Shown here: positions 32,274 to 41,830 of the stretch, one piece after another
Position numbering within the stretch: the stretch's first letter is position 1
Layout: each line of letters begins with the position of its first letter
Source of the DNA: Acidimicrobiales bacterium
Lineage (GTDB): Bacteria; Actinomycetota; Acidimicrobiia; Acidimicrobiales; Palsa-688
Direction of reading: 5' to 3'
Length of the DNA stretch: 53,735 nt
Assembly: GCA_035718085.1 (NCBI GenBank)
Contig: DASTHS010000199.1
Coordinates: 1 to 53,735 of the forward strand
The notes under the pieces: model-generated
The model's database searches: none
The model's input: the letters and a program-made list of their open reading frames with translations, nothing else
What the model was told of the DNA's origin: nothing
Program-made: the position numbers and the translations under genes

Positions 32274-33257
32274 ATGGCCAACCCGCCCGGCACCTCCCGC
32301 TGCGTCGACGCCTTCGGCACCCGCATCCACCTCGTCGAGCACGGTGAAGGCCCGGTGGTGCTCCTGGTGCACGGCTTCCCGGAGTCGTGGTACTCCTGGC
32401 GGCACCAGCTGGGCCCGCTGGCCGAGGCCGGCTACCGGGCGGTGGCGATCGACGTGCGCGGCTACGGCCGGTCGGCCAAGCCCCACGACGTGGCCGCCTA
32501 CGGGATGCTCGCCCACGTCGGCGACAACGTCGGCGTGCTCGACGCCCTCGGCGTGGAGCACGCGACGGTGGTCGGCCACGACTGGGGGTCGCCGATCGCC
32601 GCCAACTCCGCCCTGCTGCGCCCCGACCGGTTCCGGGCGGTGGCCCTGCTCAGCGTGCCCTACGCACCGCGGGGCGACCGGCGCCCGTCGGAGGTGTACC
32701 CGACGATGGTCGGGCCCGACGAGGAGTTCTACATCGCCTACTTCCAGGAGCCGGGTCGAGCGGAGGCCGAGATCGAGGCCGACGTGCGCACCTGGCTGCT
32801 CGGCTTCTACGTCGGCGCCGCGGCAGCGGCGCCCCGCCCCCCCGATGGCCGCAGCATCGCTGCGGTGCGCCGGGGCGGGAGGTTGCGCGACGCGTTCGGG
32901 GTGCCCGACACCCTGCCCGACTGGCTGGGCCCCGCCGACCTGGACTTCTATGTCGGGGAGTTCGAGCGCAGCGGGTTCCGGGGCCCGCTGAACCGCTACC
33001 GCAACGTGGACCGCGACTTCGACGACCTCACGGCGTGGCGCAAGGCGCCGATCGCCGTGCCGTCGCTGTTCGTCGGCGGCGACCAGGACGGGCCGACGGT
33101 GTGGGGCGCCCACGCCATCGGCCGCTTCCCCGAGACGATGCCCGGCCTGGTCGGCAGCCACGTGCTCCCCGACTGCGGGCACTGGGTGCAGCAGGAGCAA
33201 CCCGAGCGGGTGACGGACCTGCTGCTCGCCTTCCTGGCCGAGGTGGCGCCCACGTGA
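32274..33257 (+). CDS. Alpha/beta hydrolase, epoxide-hydrolase-like
   Basis: LVHGFPESWYSWRHQ, nucleophile elbow GHDWGS, and C-terminal CGHWVQQE. Confidence 0.85.
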   Translation: MANPPGTSRCVDAFGTRIHLVEHGEGPVVLLVHGFPESWYSWRHQLGPLAEAGYRAVAIDVRGYGRSAKPHDVAAYGMLAHVGDNVGVLDALGVEHATVVGHDWGSPIAANSALLRPDRFRAVALLSVPYAPRGDRRPSEVYPTMVGPDEEFYIAYFQEPGRAEAEIEADVRTWLLGFYVGAAAAAPRPPDGRSIAAVRRGGRLRDAFGVPDTLPDWLGPADLDFYVGEFERSGFRGPLNRYRNVDRDFDDLTAWRKAPIAVPSLFVGGDQDGPTVWGAHAIGRFPETMPGLVGSHVLPDCGHWVQQEQPERVTDLLLAFLAEVAPT

Positions 33258-33318
33258 TCACCCGGCGGCGGCCCGCCGGATCGTTCCGGGGGAGCCCGTA
33301 GGTGGGCAACGGCCGGGC

Positions 33319-33900
33319 GTGAGCCGCCCGCCCGTCGGCGCCCCCGACGACCCCGACGCCACCGTGCGGGCCGCGGTGCGCGGCTCGGCCGAGGCGGTGA
33401 CCGCCCTCTACCGCTGGCTGACGCCCGGACTGGTGCGCTACCTCGAGGCCCAGGCCCCCGGCCACGGCGACGACCTGGCCGCCGAGACGTGGATCTCAGC
33501 CGGTCGCACCCTCGCCGGCTTCGATGGCGATGCGGACGCCTTCCGCGGGTGGCTGTTCACCGCGGCCCGCCGGCAGCTCGTGGCCCACTGGCGTCGCCGG
33601 GCGGCACGACCGAAGGAGGTCGCCGACCTCGGCTCGCTCGGCCACGCCGCGGATCGCGCCGAGCTCCCCGAGGAGTCGGTCGTCGAGGCGATGGCCAGCG
33701 CCGAGGCGGTGGCCGTCATCACCCGCTCGCTGCCGCCCGACCAGGCGGAGGTCCTGCTGCTGCGCGTGGTCGCCGGCCTCGACGCGGCCCAGGTCGGCGA
33801 GGTGCTCGGCAAGCGGCCCGGAACGGTGCGGGTGGTGCAGCACCGGGCCCTGCAGCGGCTCAAAGAGGTGCTGGACGGGACGGCTGCGCTGCAGCTGTGA
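33319..33900 (+). CDS. ECF-type RNA polymerase sigma factor
   Basis: Region 2 (FRGWLFTAARRQLVAHWRR) and region 4 HTH (DAAQVGEVLGKRPGTVRVVQHRALQRLK). Confidence 0.85.
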   Translation: MSRPPVGAPDDPDATVRAAVRGSAEAVTALYRWLTPGLVRYLEAQAPGHGDDLAAETWISAGRTLAGFDGDADAFRGWLFTAARRQLVAHWRRRAARPKEVADLGSLGHAADRAELPEESVVEAMASAEAVAVITRSLPPDQAEVLLLRVVAGLDAAQVGEVLGKRPGTVRVVQHRALQRLKEVLDGTAALQL

Positions 33901-33955
33901 GCGAAAGGTCGGCGATGGCTGTAACGCCGACGGCGCCCGGCGCGATGAAAGGGAT

Positions 33956-34936
33956 GTGACGGACCTCCCGCTCGACCCCTTCACGGAGGAGCGCCTGCTG
34001 CGCGGGCACCTCACCGCCGCCGACGCCCCGCCGGGGTGGGCCGGCGTGGCCGACGTGCTGGCCTGCGCCGCGGCGCCAGGCCAGGTGCACGGCCCGTCAG
34101 GGGAGGCGGTCGTCGCTGCGGTGCTCGACGCCATGGCGTCGGCCCCGAGCCCCACCGGGCGACCCAGAAGGATGATCAGCAAGCTCAGGAGCGCAAAGGT
34201 GGCCGTCGCATCGGCGGCGGTCCTCATCGCCGCCGGCGGCGCGGCGGCGGCCGCCGGCGCCACCGGCAACCTGCCCTCCTTCGGGGAGGCCACGGTGCAC
34301 CTCGCCAGCTCTGGTTCGAGCGCACCGTCGTCGAGCGACGGGCCGACCACCAACGCCAAGAGCCCGACCCGCCGGGGCCTGTCGGCGGGCTCGGGCCGCA
34401 GCGCAGCGGCCGCCGACGGCCGCGACCCCGCCGGCACCCAGCCGGGCACGCAGGCGAGCGTGCCGGGCGCGGCGCCGGGCGTACTGAGCAACGGAGAGGG
34501 CATCACCGGCCTCTGCACCGCCTTCCTCGCCCGCTACGACGCCGGCGAGCGCGACTTCTCCCACGGCGACGGCGCCTTCGCCGAGCTGGTCAAGGCGCAC
34601 GACGACGCCGCCGGCACCGAGACGTTCTGCGCCGGCGAGCTGCGCGCAGCGGGCCAGGCCGTGCCGTCCGAGACCGGCGGCGGCTCGACGACGGGTGGCG
34701 GTGGCGCGGCGACGAGCGGCGACCAGGGCGCAGGCGCCGCCGAGCAGCACCCCAGCACCACGGGGCAGCACACCAGCACGACGGTGCGCCGCGACCCGAT
34801 CGTGCCCGCCCAGCAGCCGACCCCGGCGGCGACCGACCACCGGTCGGGTGTCCTGGCCGGTGTCCCGTCGAGCAGCACGCCCAGTGGGTACGACGGTGCC
34901 TCGGCGCCCGCCAGCGGTGCCGGTGGCCACCACTGA
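33956..34936 (+). CDS. Putative single-pass membrane anti-sigma factor
   Basis: Lies immediately downstream of the ECF sigma gene. It has a short cytoplasmic N-terminus, one TM segment (VAVASAAVLIAAGGAAAAAGA) and a Ser/Gly/Ala/Thr-rich C-terminal region. There is no ZAS motif. The function is inferred from context only. Confidence 0.5.
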   Translation: MTDLPLDPFTEERLLRGHLTAADAPPGWAGVADVLACAAAPGQVHGPSGEAVVAAVLDAMASAPSPTGRPRRMISKLRSAKVAVASAAVLIAAGGAAAAAGATGNLPSFGEATVHLASSGSSAPSSSDGPTTNAKSPTRRGLSAGSGRSAAAADGRDPAGTQPGTQASVPGAAPGVLSNGEGITGLCTAFLARYDAGERDFSHGDGAFAELVKAHDDAAGTETFCAGELRAAGQAVPSETGGGSTTGGGGAATSGDQGAGAAEQHPSTTGQHTSTTVRRDPIVPAQQPTPAATDHRSGVLAGVPSSSTPSGYDGASAPASGAGGHH

Positions 34937-34943
34937 CCGGGGA

Positions 34944-34975
34944 CGGGGCGGGCGCCCTGGGGGACGCCCGCCCCG
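34944..34975. terminator. Stem-loop between convergent genes
   Basis: C-GGGGCGGGCG-(10-nt loop)-CGCCCGCCCC-G is an 11-bp stem. Confidence 0.45.
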
Positions 34976-34991
34976 GCCGCCGGGGGCGGCG

Positions 34992-35966
34992 CTAGCGGCG
35001 GACGCCTGTGGTGACGTCGTCGATGCGGGTGAGCACCTCTTCGGTGAGCTGGGGGAGCACGTCGAGGGCGGCCATGTTCTCGTGCACCTGCTCGACCCGG
35101 CTGGCGCCGGTGATCACGGTCGACACGTGGGGGTTGTGGGCGCACCATGCCAGCGACAGCTGCGAGAGGGTGCAGCCGATGCCGTCGGCCACGGCCTTGA
35201 GCTCGCGCACCACGTTCTGGCGCTTCGGGTCGGTGAGGCTGGCCTGCAGCCACTCGTAGCCGGGGAGGGCGCCGCGGCTGCCCTCGGGGATCCCGTCGAG
35301 GTACTTGCCGCTGAGCAGACCCGACGCCAGCGGCGACCAGGTGGTCAGGCCCAGGCCGATGTCGTCGTAGAGCCGGGCGTATTCCTGCTCGACGCGGCGG
35401 CGGGTGAGGATGTTGTACTGCGGCTGCTCCATCACCGGTTTGCGCAGGTGGTGGCGCTCGGCGACGTCCCAGGCGGTGCGGATCTCGTCGGCGGTCCACT
35501 CGCTGGTGCCCCAGTAGAGCGCCTGCCCGCGGTCGATCATGTCGCTCATCGCCCACACCGTCTCCTCGACGGGGGTGTCGGGGTCGGCCCGATGGCAGAA
35601 GACGAGGTCGACGTACTCGAGGCCGAACCGGTCGAGCGACCCTTCGATCGCCTGCCGGAGGTACTTGGCGTTGAGGGTGTTCTTCATGTTGACCACGCCG
35701 TCGTGGAGGCCCCAGAACAGCTTGGTCGAGACCACGTAGCTGTGGCGCGCCCAGCCCAGCTCGCGGATCGATTCGCCCATGATCCGTTCCGACTCGCCGC
35801 CGGCGTAGGCCTCGGCGTTGTCGAAGAAGTTGACGCCCGCCTCGTAGGCGGCGGCCATGCACTCGACGGCGCCGCCGCCCTTGAGCTGGGGGCCGAAGCT
35901 GACCCAGGACCCGAACGACAAGACGCTCACCTTCAACCCCGACGGGCCGAGACGGCGGTACTCCAT
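34992..35966 (-). CDS. Aldo/keto reductase (Kv-beta-subunit-like)
   Basis: [35 protein letters not shown] and [14 protein letters not shown] ribosome-binding site. Confidence 0.9.
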   Translation of the reverse strand: MEYRRLGPSGLKVSVLSFGSWVSFGPQLKGGGAVECMAAAYEAGVNFFDNAEAYAGGESERIMGESIRELGWARHSYVVSTKLFWGLHDGVVNMKNTLNAKYLRQAIEGSLDRFGLEYVDLVFCHRADPDTPVEETVWAMSDMIDRGQALYWGTSEWTADEIRTAWDVAERHHLRKPVMEQPQYNILTRRRVEQEYARLYDDIGLGLTTWSPLASGLLSGKYLDGIPEGSRGALPGYEWLQASLTDPKRQNVVRELKAVADGIGCTLSQLSLAWCAHNPHVSTVITGASRVEQVHENMAALDVLPQLTEEVLTRIDDVTTGVRR

Positions 35967-35999
35967 GTGATCTCCTCTGCTGGCGCGGACCGGGCGACC

Positions 36000-37127
36000 C
36001 TACGGCAGGAGGGAGCGCTGCACCTTGCCGATGGCCGTCGTCGGGAGCACCTCGACCAACCGGAGCTCGCGCGGGGCGGCGAAGGGCGCCAGCTGGTCGC
36101 GCACCATGGCTCGCAGCTCGTCCAGCGACGGCGGCCCAGCAGGCGACGGCACGACCCAGGCGACCAGCTTCTCGCCCCACTCGGGGTCGGGGCGGCCAGC
36201 CACGGCGACGTGGGCGACGCCCGGGTGGGCCCGCAGCACCGCCTCCACCGGTGCCGGCCACACGTTCTCGCCGCCGGTGATCACCAGCTCCGACAGGCGT
36301 CCGTCGACCTGCAGCCGCCCGTCGCGGTCGAGGCGGCCGGCGTCGCCGGTGGCCAACCAGCCGTCCGCGTCGAGCGGAGACCACTCGCCCGAGGCGTCGC
36401 GGTAGCAACGCAGCAGCATCGGTCCGCGCAGCCGGATCTCGCCCGTGCCGGGGGTGAGGGCCACCTCGACCCCGTCGAGGGGCAGGCCGTCGTAGACGAC
36501 GCCGCTCCCGGTCTCGGTCATGCCGTAGGTGGTGACCACGTTGGGGGGGAGGTCACCCGGAGGGGCGGAGCCGCCGAGCACGACGGTGCGGAAGATCGTC
36601 GACCCGACCCGGCGCAAGGTGGTGGGCACCAGCGACACGAGCACCTCGGCACCGGCCGCAGCCCGCACCGCCGGCTCGTCGAAGCCGGGGAGCACGGTGA
36701 TCGGTGTGCCGGTGAGGACAGCCCGGGTGACCACCGACAGGCCGCCGACGTGGTTGAGCGGGAGGCAGGCCAGCCAGCGGTGGCGGTGGGGGTCCACCCC
36801 GAGGCGCGCACTGGTGGCCCGGGTCGACGCCTCGATTGCCCGGCGGGTCAGCACCACCCCCTTCGGGGCGCCCGTGGTGCCGCTCGTGGCGACGACCACG
36901 GCGTCGCCGTCGGTCACCGGGCGCCCGCCGGGCAGGTCGTGCTCGCCGTCGGGGTCGTGCACGGCTGCGGGCCGCAGTGCCCGGAGCAGTGCAGCGCGGG
37001 CCGGGGGTGCCAGGCGGCGGTCGAGGGGCAGCACGGCGTCGCCGTCGGCCCACGCCCGGCGGAGGGCCTCGACGAAGGCAGGGCCGCCGGGCAGGTCAAG
37101 GGCGACGAGGCGGGGCATCGGCCCCAT
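36000..37127 (-). CDS. menE: o-Succinylbenzoate-CoA ligase (short actinobacterial form)
   Basis: AMP-binding motifs TSGTTGAPKGV and YGMTETG, plus a C-terminal GKVQR. The size of about 370 aa and the men-cluster context fit MenE. ATG 37118 is an alternative start. Confidence 0.75.
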   Translation of the reverse strand: MGPMPRLVALDLPGGPAFVEALRRAWADGDAVLPLDRRLAPPARAALLRALRPAAVHDPDGEHDLPGGRPVTDGDAVVVATSGTTGAPKGVVLTRRAIEASTRATSARLGVDPHRHRWLACLPLNHVGGLSVVTRAVLTGTPITVLPGFDEPAVRAAAGAEVLVSLVPTTLRRVGSTIFRTVVLGGSAPPGDLPPNVVTTYGMTETGSGVVYDGLPLDGVEVALTPGTGEIRLRGPMLLRCYRDASGEWSPLDADGWLATGDAGRLDRDGRLQVDGRLSELVITGGENVWPAPVEAVLRAHPGVAHVAVAGRPDPEWGEKLVAWVVPSPAGPPSLDELRAMVRDQLAPFAAPRELRLVEVLPTTAIGKVQRSLLP

Positions 37128-37165
37128 TCTGCCGGCGGGTGCTCAAGTCGGCGGGTGGCGCGCCG

Positions 37166-40105
37166 ATGGGCTCGCGTGCGGATCGGCGGCCAACGCGTGC
37201 GTCGTTCGCGGGCCGCACCGTGATCCCGACCGGGTTGGCGGCGGGCAGCGACGCGGGCTCGGCCCTCGGCCGGGCGTTCGAGTCATCGGTCACCGGCATG
37301 GCCGTGGTCGACGACGACGGCCGGTTCACGGCCGTGAACCTGGCGCTGTGCCGGATGCTCGGCCGCGAGGCATCGGAGTTGCTCGGCCGGCGCACCTCGG
37401 AGTTCACCCACCCTGACGACCAGAACCTCAGCGCCGCCACCGTGCGGGCGCTGTTCCGCGACGGCGTCGAGACCGACCAGAGGCGCAAGCGCTTCCTCCG
37501 CCCTGACGGCAGCATCGTCCACGTGATCCGCACCGTCACGGTGCTGCGTGACGGCTGCGGCCGGCACACCGGCGCCCTCACCCAGATGCTCGACGTCACC
37601 GGCCTCACCGAGGCGGAGGGCGCGCTCCGCCACTCGGAGCTGCGCCTCGAGGCGCTGCTCGCCCAGAGCAGCGAGCTGACGGTGCTCCTCGACGAGCACG
37701 GGCGCGTCACCTACGCGTCGCCGGCCTCCGAGCGGATGCTGGGGCACCGTCCGGAGGTCGTGGTCGGCACCGAGGCCCTCAGCTGGCTGCACCCCGACGA
37801 GCTCGACCAGGCGGCGGCGGTGCTGGCCGACCGCCTCGCCGGTGGGGCGGACCGTGCGTCGGCGCCGGTCTACCGGGTCCGTCACAGCGATGGCACCTGG
37901 CGGCGGGCGGAGGTGCGCACCACCAACGCCTTCGACGACCCCGCTGTCGGCGCCATCATCGTCCACCTCCGCGACGTCACCGACGAACACGACTACCGCG
38001 AGGAGGCCGCCGCCGGCGCCGCACGCCTCGAGCGGCTGGTCGGGTCGGTGTGGGACGTGCTGACCCTGCACGGCGCCGACGGGCGCTGCCGCTATGCCAG
38101 CCCGGCGGTCACCGCCCAGCTCGGCTGGACCCCCGACGAAGTGGTGGCCATGGCGCCGTTCGCGCTCGTGCACCCCGACGACACGGCGCTGCGGGCGGCG
38201 TTCGTGGGAGCGGTCGGCGGTGGGGCGCCCGGCCGGGTCGACACCGTCCAGTACCGGATGCGCCACCGCGACGGCACCTGGCGGTGGGTGGAGTCGACGG
38301 TCGGCGACCGGCTGGCCGACCCGGCGGTGCGCGGGGTGGTCGTGGTCACCCGCGACATCGGCTCCCGGCGCCGGCGCGCCGCCCAGCAGGAGGCCGTCGC
38401 CGCCCTGTCGGGCCTGGCCGTGCGCGGCGAGGCCCTCGACGCGCTCTACCAGCAGGCGGTCGACGTGGTCGCCGCCGTGCTGGAGGTCGACGACGTCAGC
38501 GTGCTCGCCGTGTCCGACGGCGGCCGGTTCGAGTTGCTGTGCGCCCACGGTGCGCCCGGCGACGAGGCCGGCGCCGCCCCCCGGTGCGCCGTGGCCACCC
38601 GCGCCCTGGCCGCCGGTGGTCCGGTGGTGTGGAGCGCCGACGAGGCGCTGGCACCGTGTGACGGACGGCTCGACCTGCGCAGCGGCGCAGCTGCGCCGAT
38701 CGGCGGTGACAGCGGCCCGGTGGCCGTGCTCAGCTGCCACGGCACCGCCGAGGGCGCCTTCGGCACCGACGACCTCGCCTTCATCGAGGCCACGGCCAAC
38801 GTGCTGGCCGCCGCGACCCGCCGGAAGCACATGGACGAGGAGCTGCGCCGCCAGGCGTGCAGCGACGACCTGACCGGCCTCCCGAACCGCACCGCCCTGC
38901 GCGATCGGCTGGTGGCCGCCCTCGAGCACGGCAGCGCCGCCGTGCTGCTCATCGATGCCGACGACTTCAAGCTCATCAACGACAGCCTGGGGCACGCCGC
39001 AGGCGACCGCATCGTCGTCGCCGTGGCCGAACGGCTCTCCCGCAACCTGCGGAAGGTCGACACGGTGGGCCGTTTCGGCGGGGACGAGTTCGTCGTGCTC
39101 TGCGAGGGCGTGACGGCGTCCGATGCCGGGCGGGTGGCCGAGCGACTCCGCCAGGTGCTCACCGCTCCCCTCGAGCTCGACGGGCGCCAGATCTCGATGA
39201 CGGTCAGCATCGGCTACGTGGTCGCCCGCCAGGGTGCGGACCCCGACGACGTCATCGCCCGGGCCGACACGGCGATGTACGCGGCCAAGCAGGCCGGCAA
39301 GGATCGCGTCGCCCAGTTCGACGACGCCATGCGCCGCAAGGTGACCGATCGGCTCGCGGTGGCGTCGGGGTTGCGCCGGGCGGTGCAGCGCGACGAGCTG
39401 CGCCTGCACTACCAGCCGGTGTTCGACGTGCGCACCCAGCGCCTGGTGGGCGCCGAGGCGTTGCTGCGCTGGCAGCACCCCAATGACGGCCTGCTCGGCC
39501 CCGACCGCTTCATCGCGTACGCGGAGGAGTCGGGCCTGATCCTGCCGGTGGGGCGCTGGGTGCTCGAACAGGCCATGCGCCAGGCGGCGGCGTGGGCCGA
39601 CCTCGGGTTCACCGGGCGGGTGGCGATCAACGTGTCGGCCCACCAGCTGGCCGACGTCGACTTCCTCGGCACCGTGTGCGGCGCCTTGGAGGGCAGCGGC
39701 GCCGACACCGCCAACGTCGCCATCGAGGTCACCGAGTCGGGGGTGATGGCCGACCTGGGGCGCGCCGCCGACGTGCTCGGCCAGCTGCGCGCCCTTGGCC
39801 TGCACGTGGGCATGGATGACTTCGGCACCGGTCACTCCTCGCTGTCGTACCTGGCCACCCTGCCGTTCGACTTCGTCAAGATCGACCGGTCGTTCGTCGC
39901 CCGATCCACCATGGAGCGGCGCGCCGCCGCCCTGCTCGAGACCATCGCCACGCTGTGCCGCAGCCTCGAGCTGGCGTCGGTCGCCGAGGGCGTCGAGACC
40001 CCCGAGCAGCTCGCCGCCGTCGAGCGCCTGGGCATCGGCCAGGTGCAGGGCTACCTGCTCGGCCGCCCGCTGCCGGCGGAGCAGTTCCCGCTGGAGCTGA
40101 TGTAG
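37166..40105 (+). CDS. Cyclic-di-GMP turnover protein: three PAS domains, GAF-like, GGDEF and EAL
   Basis: Three PAS-like repeats are present. The I-site RKVD sits 5 aa before an intact GGDEF (GRFGGDEF). The EAL domain is intact (EALLRW, DDFGTG, EGVE, QGY). The start is uncertain; GTG 37139 is an alternative. Confidence 0.9.
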   Translation: MGSRADRRPTRASFAGRTVIPTGLAAGSDAGSALGRAFESSVTGMAVVDDDGRFTAVNLALCRMLGREASELLGRRTSEFTHPDDQNLSAATVRALFRDGVETDQRRKRFLRPDGSIVHVIRTVTVLRDGCGRHTGALTQMLDVTGLTEAEGALRHSELRLEALLAQSSELTVLLDEHGRVTYASPASERMLGHRPEVVVGTEALSWLHPDELDQAAAVLADRLAGGADRASAPVYRVRHSDGTWRRAEVRTTNAFDDPAVGAIIVHLRDVTDEHDYREEAAAGAARLERLVGSVWDVLTLHGADGRCRYASPAVTAQLGWTPDEVVAMAPFALVHPDDTALRAAFVGAVGGGAPGRVDTVQYRMRHRDGTWRWVESTVGDRLADPAVRGVVVVTRDIGSRRRRAAQQEAVAALSGLAVRGEALDALYQQAVDVVAAVLEVDDVSVLAVSDGGRFELLCAHGAPGDEAGAAPRCAVATRALAAGGPVVWSADEALAPCDGRLDLRSGAAAPIGGDSGPVAVLSCHGTAEGAFGTDDLAFIEATANVLAAATRRKHMDEELRRQACSDDLTGLPNRTALRDRLVAALEHGSAAVLLIDADDFKLINDSLGHAAGDRIVVAVAERLSRNLRKVDTVGRFGGDEFVVLCEGVTASDAGRVAERLRQVLTAPLELDGRQISMTVSIGYVVARQGADPDDVIARADTAMYAAKQAGKDRVAQFDDAMRRKVTDRLAVASGLRRAVQRDELRLHYQPVFDVRTQRLVGAEALLRWQHPNDGLLGPDRFIAYAEESGLILPVGRWVLEQAMRQAAAWADLGFTGRVAINVSAHQLADVDFLGTVCGALEGSGADTANVAIEVTESGVMADLGRAADVLGQLRALGLHVGMDDFGTGHSSLSYLATLPFDFVKIDRSFVARSTMERRAAALLETIATLCRSLELASVAEGVETPEQLAAVERLGIGQVQGYLLGRPLPAEQFPLELM

Positions 40106-40143
40106 CGCCCCTACCGACGGGGTCAGGGCTAGCGTCGGGCGTC

Positions 40144-41058
40144 GTGCCCGCCGCCGCCGCATCCGACGCCCGGCCGACCCCCGACCGACCGTCGACGAAC
40201 CGCTGGGTGCTCGGGGCCCGCCCCCGCACGCTGCCCGCGTCCGCGGTGCCGGTGCTGGTCGGCACGGCGGCGGCGCTGGCCGGCGGACGAGTGGTGTGGT
40301 GGCGGGCGGTGCTGGCGCTGGTGGTGGCCCTCGCCCTCCAGGTGGGCACGAACTACGCCAACGACTACGCGGACGGTGTCCGGGGCACCGACGCCGTCCG
40401 GGTCGGCCCGCTGCGCCTGGTGGCTTCGGGACTGGCCTCGCCGGCGGCTGTGCGCGCCGCCGCGCTGGCCGCCTTCGGCGTGGCCGGCGTGGCCGGTCTC
40501 GTGCTGGCCGCGGTCGCCGGGTGGTGGCTGCTGGCCGTCGGCGCCGCCTGCATCGCCGCCGGGTGGCTCTACACCGGCGGTCCCCGGCCCTACGGCTACG
40601 CCGGCCTCGGGGAGGTCTTCGTCTTCACCTTCTTCGGGCTGGTCGCCACCGTGGGCACGGCCTACGTGTCGCTCGGCGCGGTGACCGCGTTGGCCGTGCT
40701 GGTCGCCGTGCCGGTGGGGCTGCTCAGCGTGGCCCTGCTCGTGGTGAACAACCTGCGCGACATCCCCGGTGACACGGCCGCAGGGAAGCGCACGCTGGCG
40801 GTGCGGGTCGGCGACGGCGGCACCCGCCGGCTCTACGTCGCCACCCTGGTGGTGCCCTACGCGTTCGTCGTGGCCGCTGCGGGCGTGGGGGGCCGGCCCT
40901 TCGCCCTCCTGGCGCTGTTGAGCGCCCCGTTGGCCGCCCGCGCTGGTCGGACCGTGCTCGGCGGCGCCGCCGGCCGTGCCCTGATCGCCGTGCTCGGCAC
41001 CACCGGTCAGCTGGTGCTGGCGTTCGGGGTGCTCCTGGCGGTCGGGGTGGCGGTGTGA
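40144..41058 (+). CDS. menA: 1,4-dihydroxy-2-naphthoate polyprenyltransferase
   Basis: UbiA-family motifs QVGTNYANDYADGVRG and NNLRDIPGDTAAGKRTL, in a polytopic protein. Confidence 0.85.
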   Translation: MPAAAASDARPTPDRPSTNRWVLGARPRTLPASAVPVLVGTAAALAGGRVVWWRAVLALVVALALQVGTNYANDYADGVRGTDAVRVGPLRLVASGLASPAAVRAAALAAFGVAGVAGLVLAAVAGWWLLAVGAACIAAGWLYTGGPRPYGYAGLGEVFVFTFFGLVATVGTAYVSLGAVTALAVLVAVPVGLLSVALLVVNNLRDIPGDTAAGKRTLAVRVGDGGTRRLYVATLVVPYAFVVAAAGVGGRPFALLALLSAPLAARAGRTVLGGAAGRALIAVLGTTGQLVLAFGVLLAVGVAV

Positions 41059-41816
41059 TCTGCCGCCAGCCAGCCCCGCAGGGCGGCGACGAAGGCGTCG
41101 GGTCGCTCGAGGTGGCAGGCGTGGCCGCACCCGTCGAGCACGACGAGCTGGGCGGCCCCGCCGAGCGAGGCCACCAGCCGGGCGGCCCGCCCCGCGTAGA
41201 CGGCGTCGAGGGCGCCGGCCACCACCAGGGCGGGGGCCCGCACCTCGGCGAGCCGGTGCCAGAGCGGCTCCTGGGTGCCGGCGCCGGCGAGCCGCAGGCT
41301 CGACGCCAGCCCGGCGGCGCTGCCGCCGAGGCGGGCGTCGACGGCGGCGGCGTCGGCGTGGAGGGTGGCGAAGAGGGGCAGCGTCAACCACCACCGCACG
41401 AACGCTTCGACCCCCTCGCGCTCGACGCGGCCGGCGAGGGCGTCGTCGGCGGTGCGGCGGGCCGCCCGCTCGGCGTGGTCGTCGATGCCGGCCGACGTCG
41501 ACACCAGGACCAGCCCCTGGACGACCTCCGGCCGGGCCACGGCCAGGTGCAGCAGCACCCGACCGCCCATCGAGTAGCCGACGTAGGTGGCCGGCCCGAC
41601 GGCGTCGGCGACCGCGTCGGCCGCGCCCCAGAGATCGGTCTCCACCAGCGCCGACCGGCCGTGGCCGGGCAGGTCGGGGGCTACCACCTCACGCCCGTCT
41701 GCGGCCAGCCGGGCGGCCACCGGAGCCCACGCCGCCGCGGACTGGGTGAACCCGTGCAGCAGGGCCAGACGGCCGGGGCGGCCGGGAGGTCCCGCGAGTC
41801 GCTCCACGTGCAGCAC
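41007..41816 (-). CDS. menH: Alpha/beta hydrolase, probable SHCHC synthase
   Basis: LLHGF and GYSMGG nucleophile elbow. Its position between menA and menD supports the call, so the function is partly contextual. The 3' end overlaps menA by 52 nt. Confidence 0.65.
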   Translation of the reverse strand: MLHVERLAGPPGRPGRLALLHGFTQSAAAWAPVAARLAADGREVVAPDLPGHGRSALVETDLWGAADAVADAVGPATYVGYSMGGRVLLHLAVARPEVVQGLVLVSTSAGIDDHAERAARRTADDALAGRVEREGVEAFVRWWLTLPLFATLHADAAAVDARLGGSAAGLASSLRLAGAGTQEPLWHRLAEVRAPALVVAGALDAVYAGRAARLVASLGGAAQLVVLDGCGHACHLERPDAFVAALRGWLAADHTATPTARSTPNASTS

Positions 41817-41830
41817 GGGCCGATGCTCCC

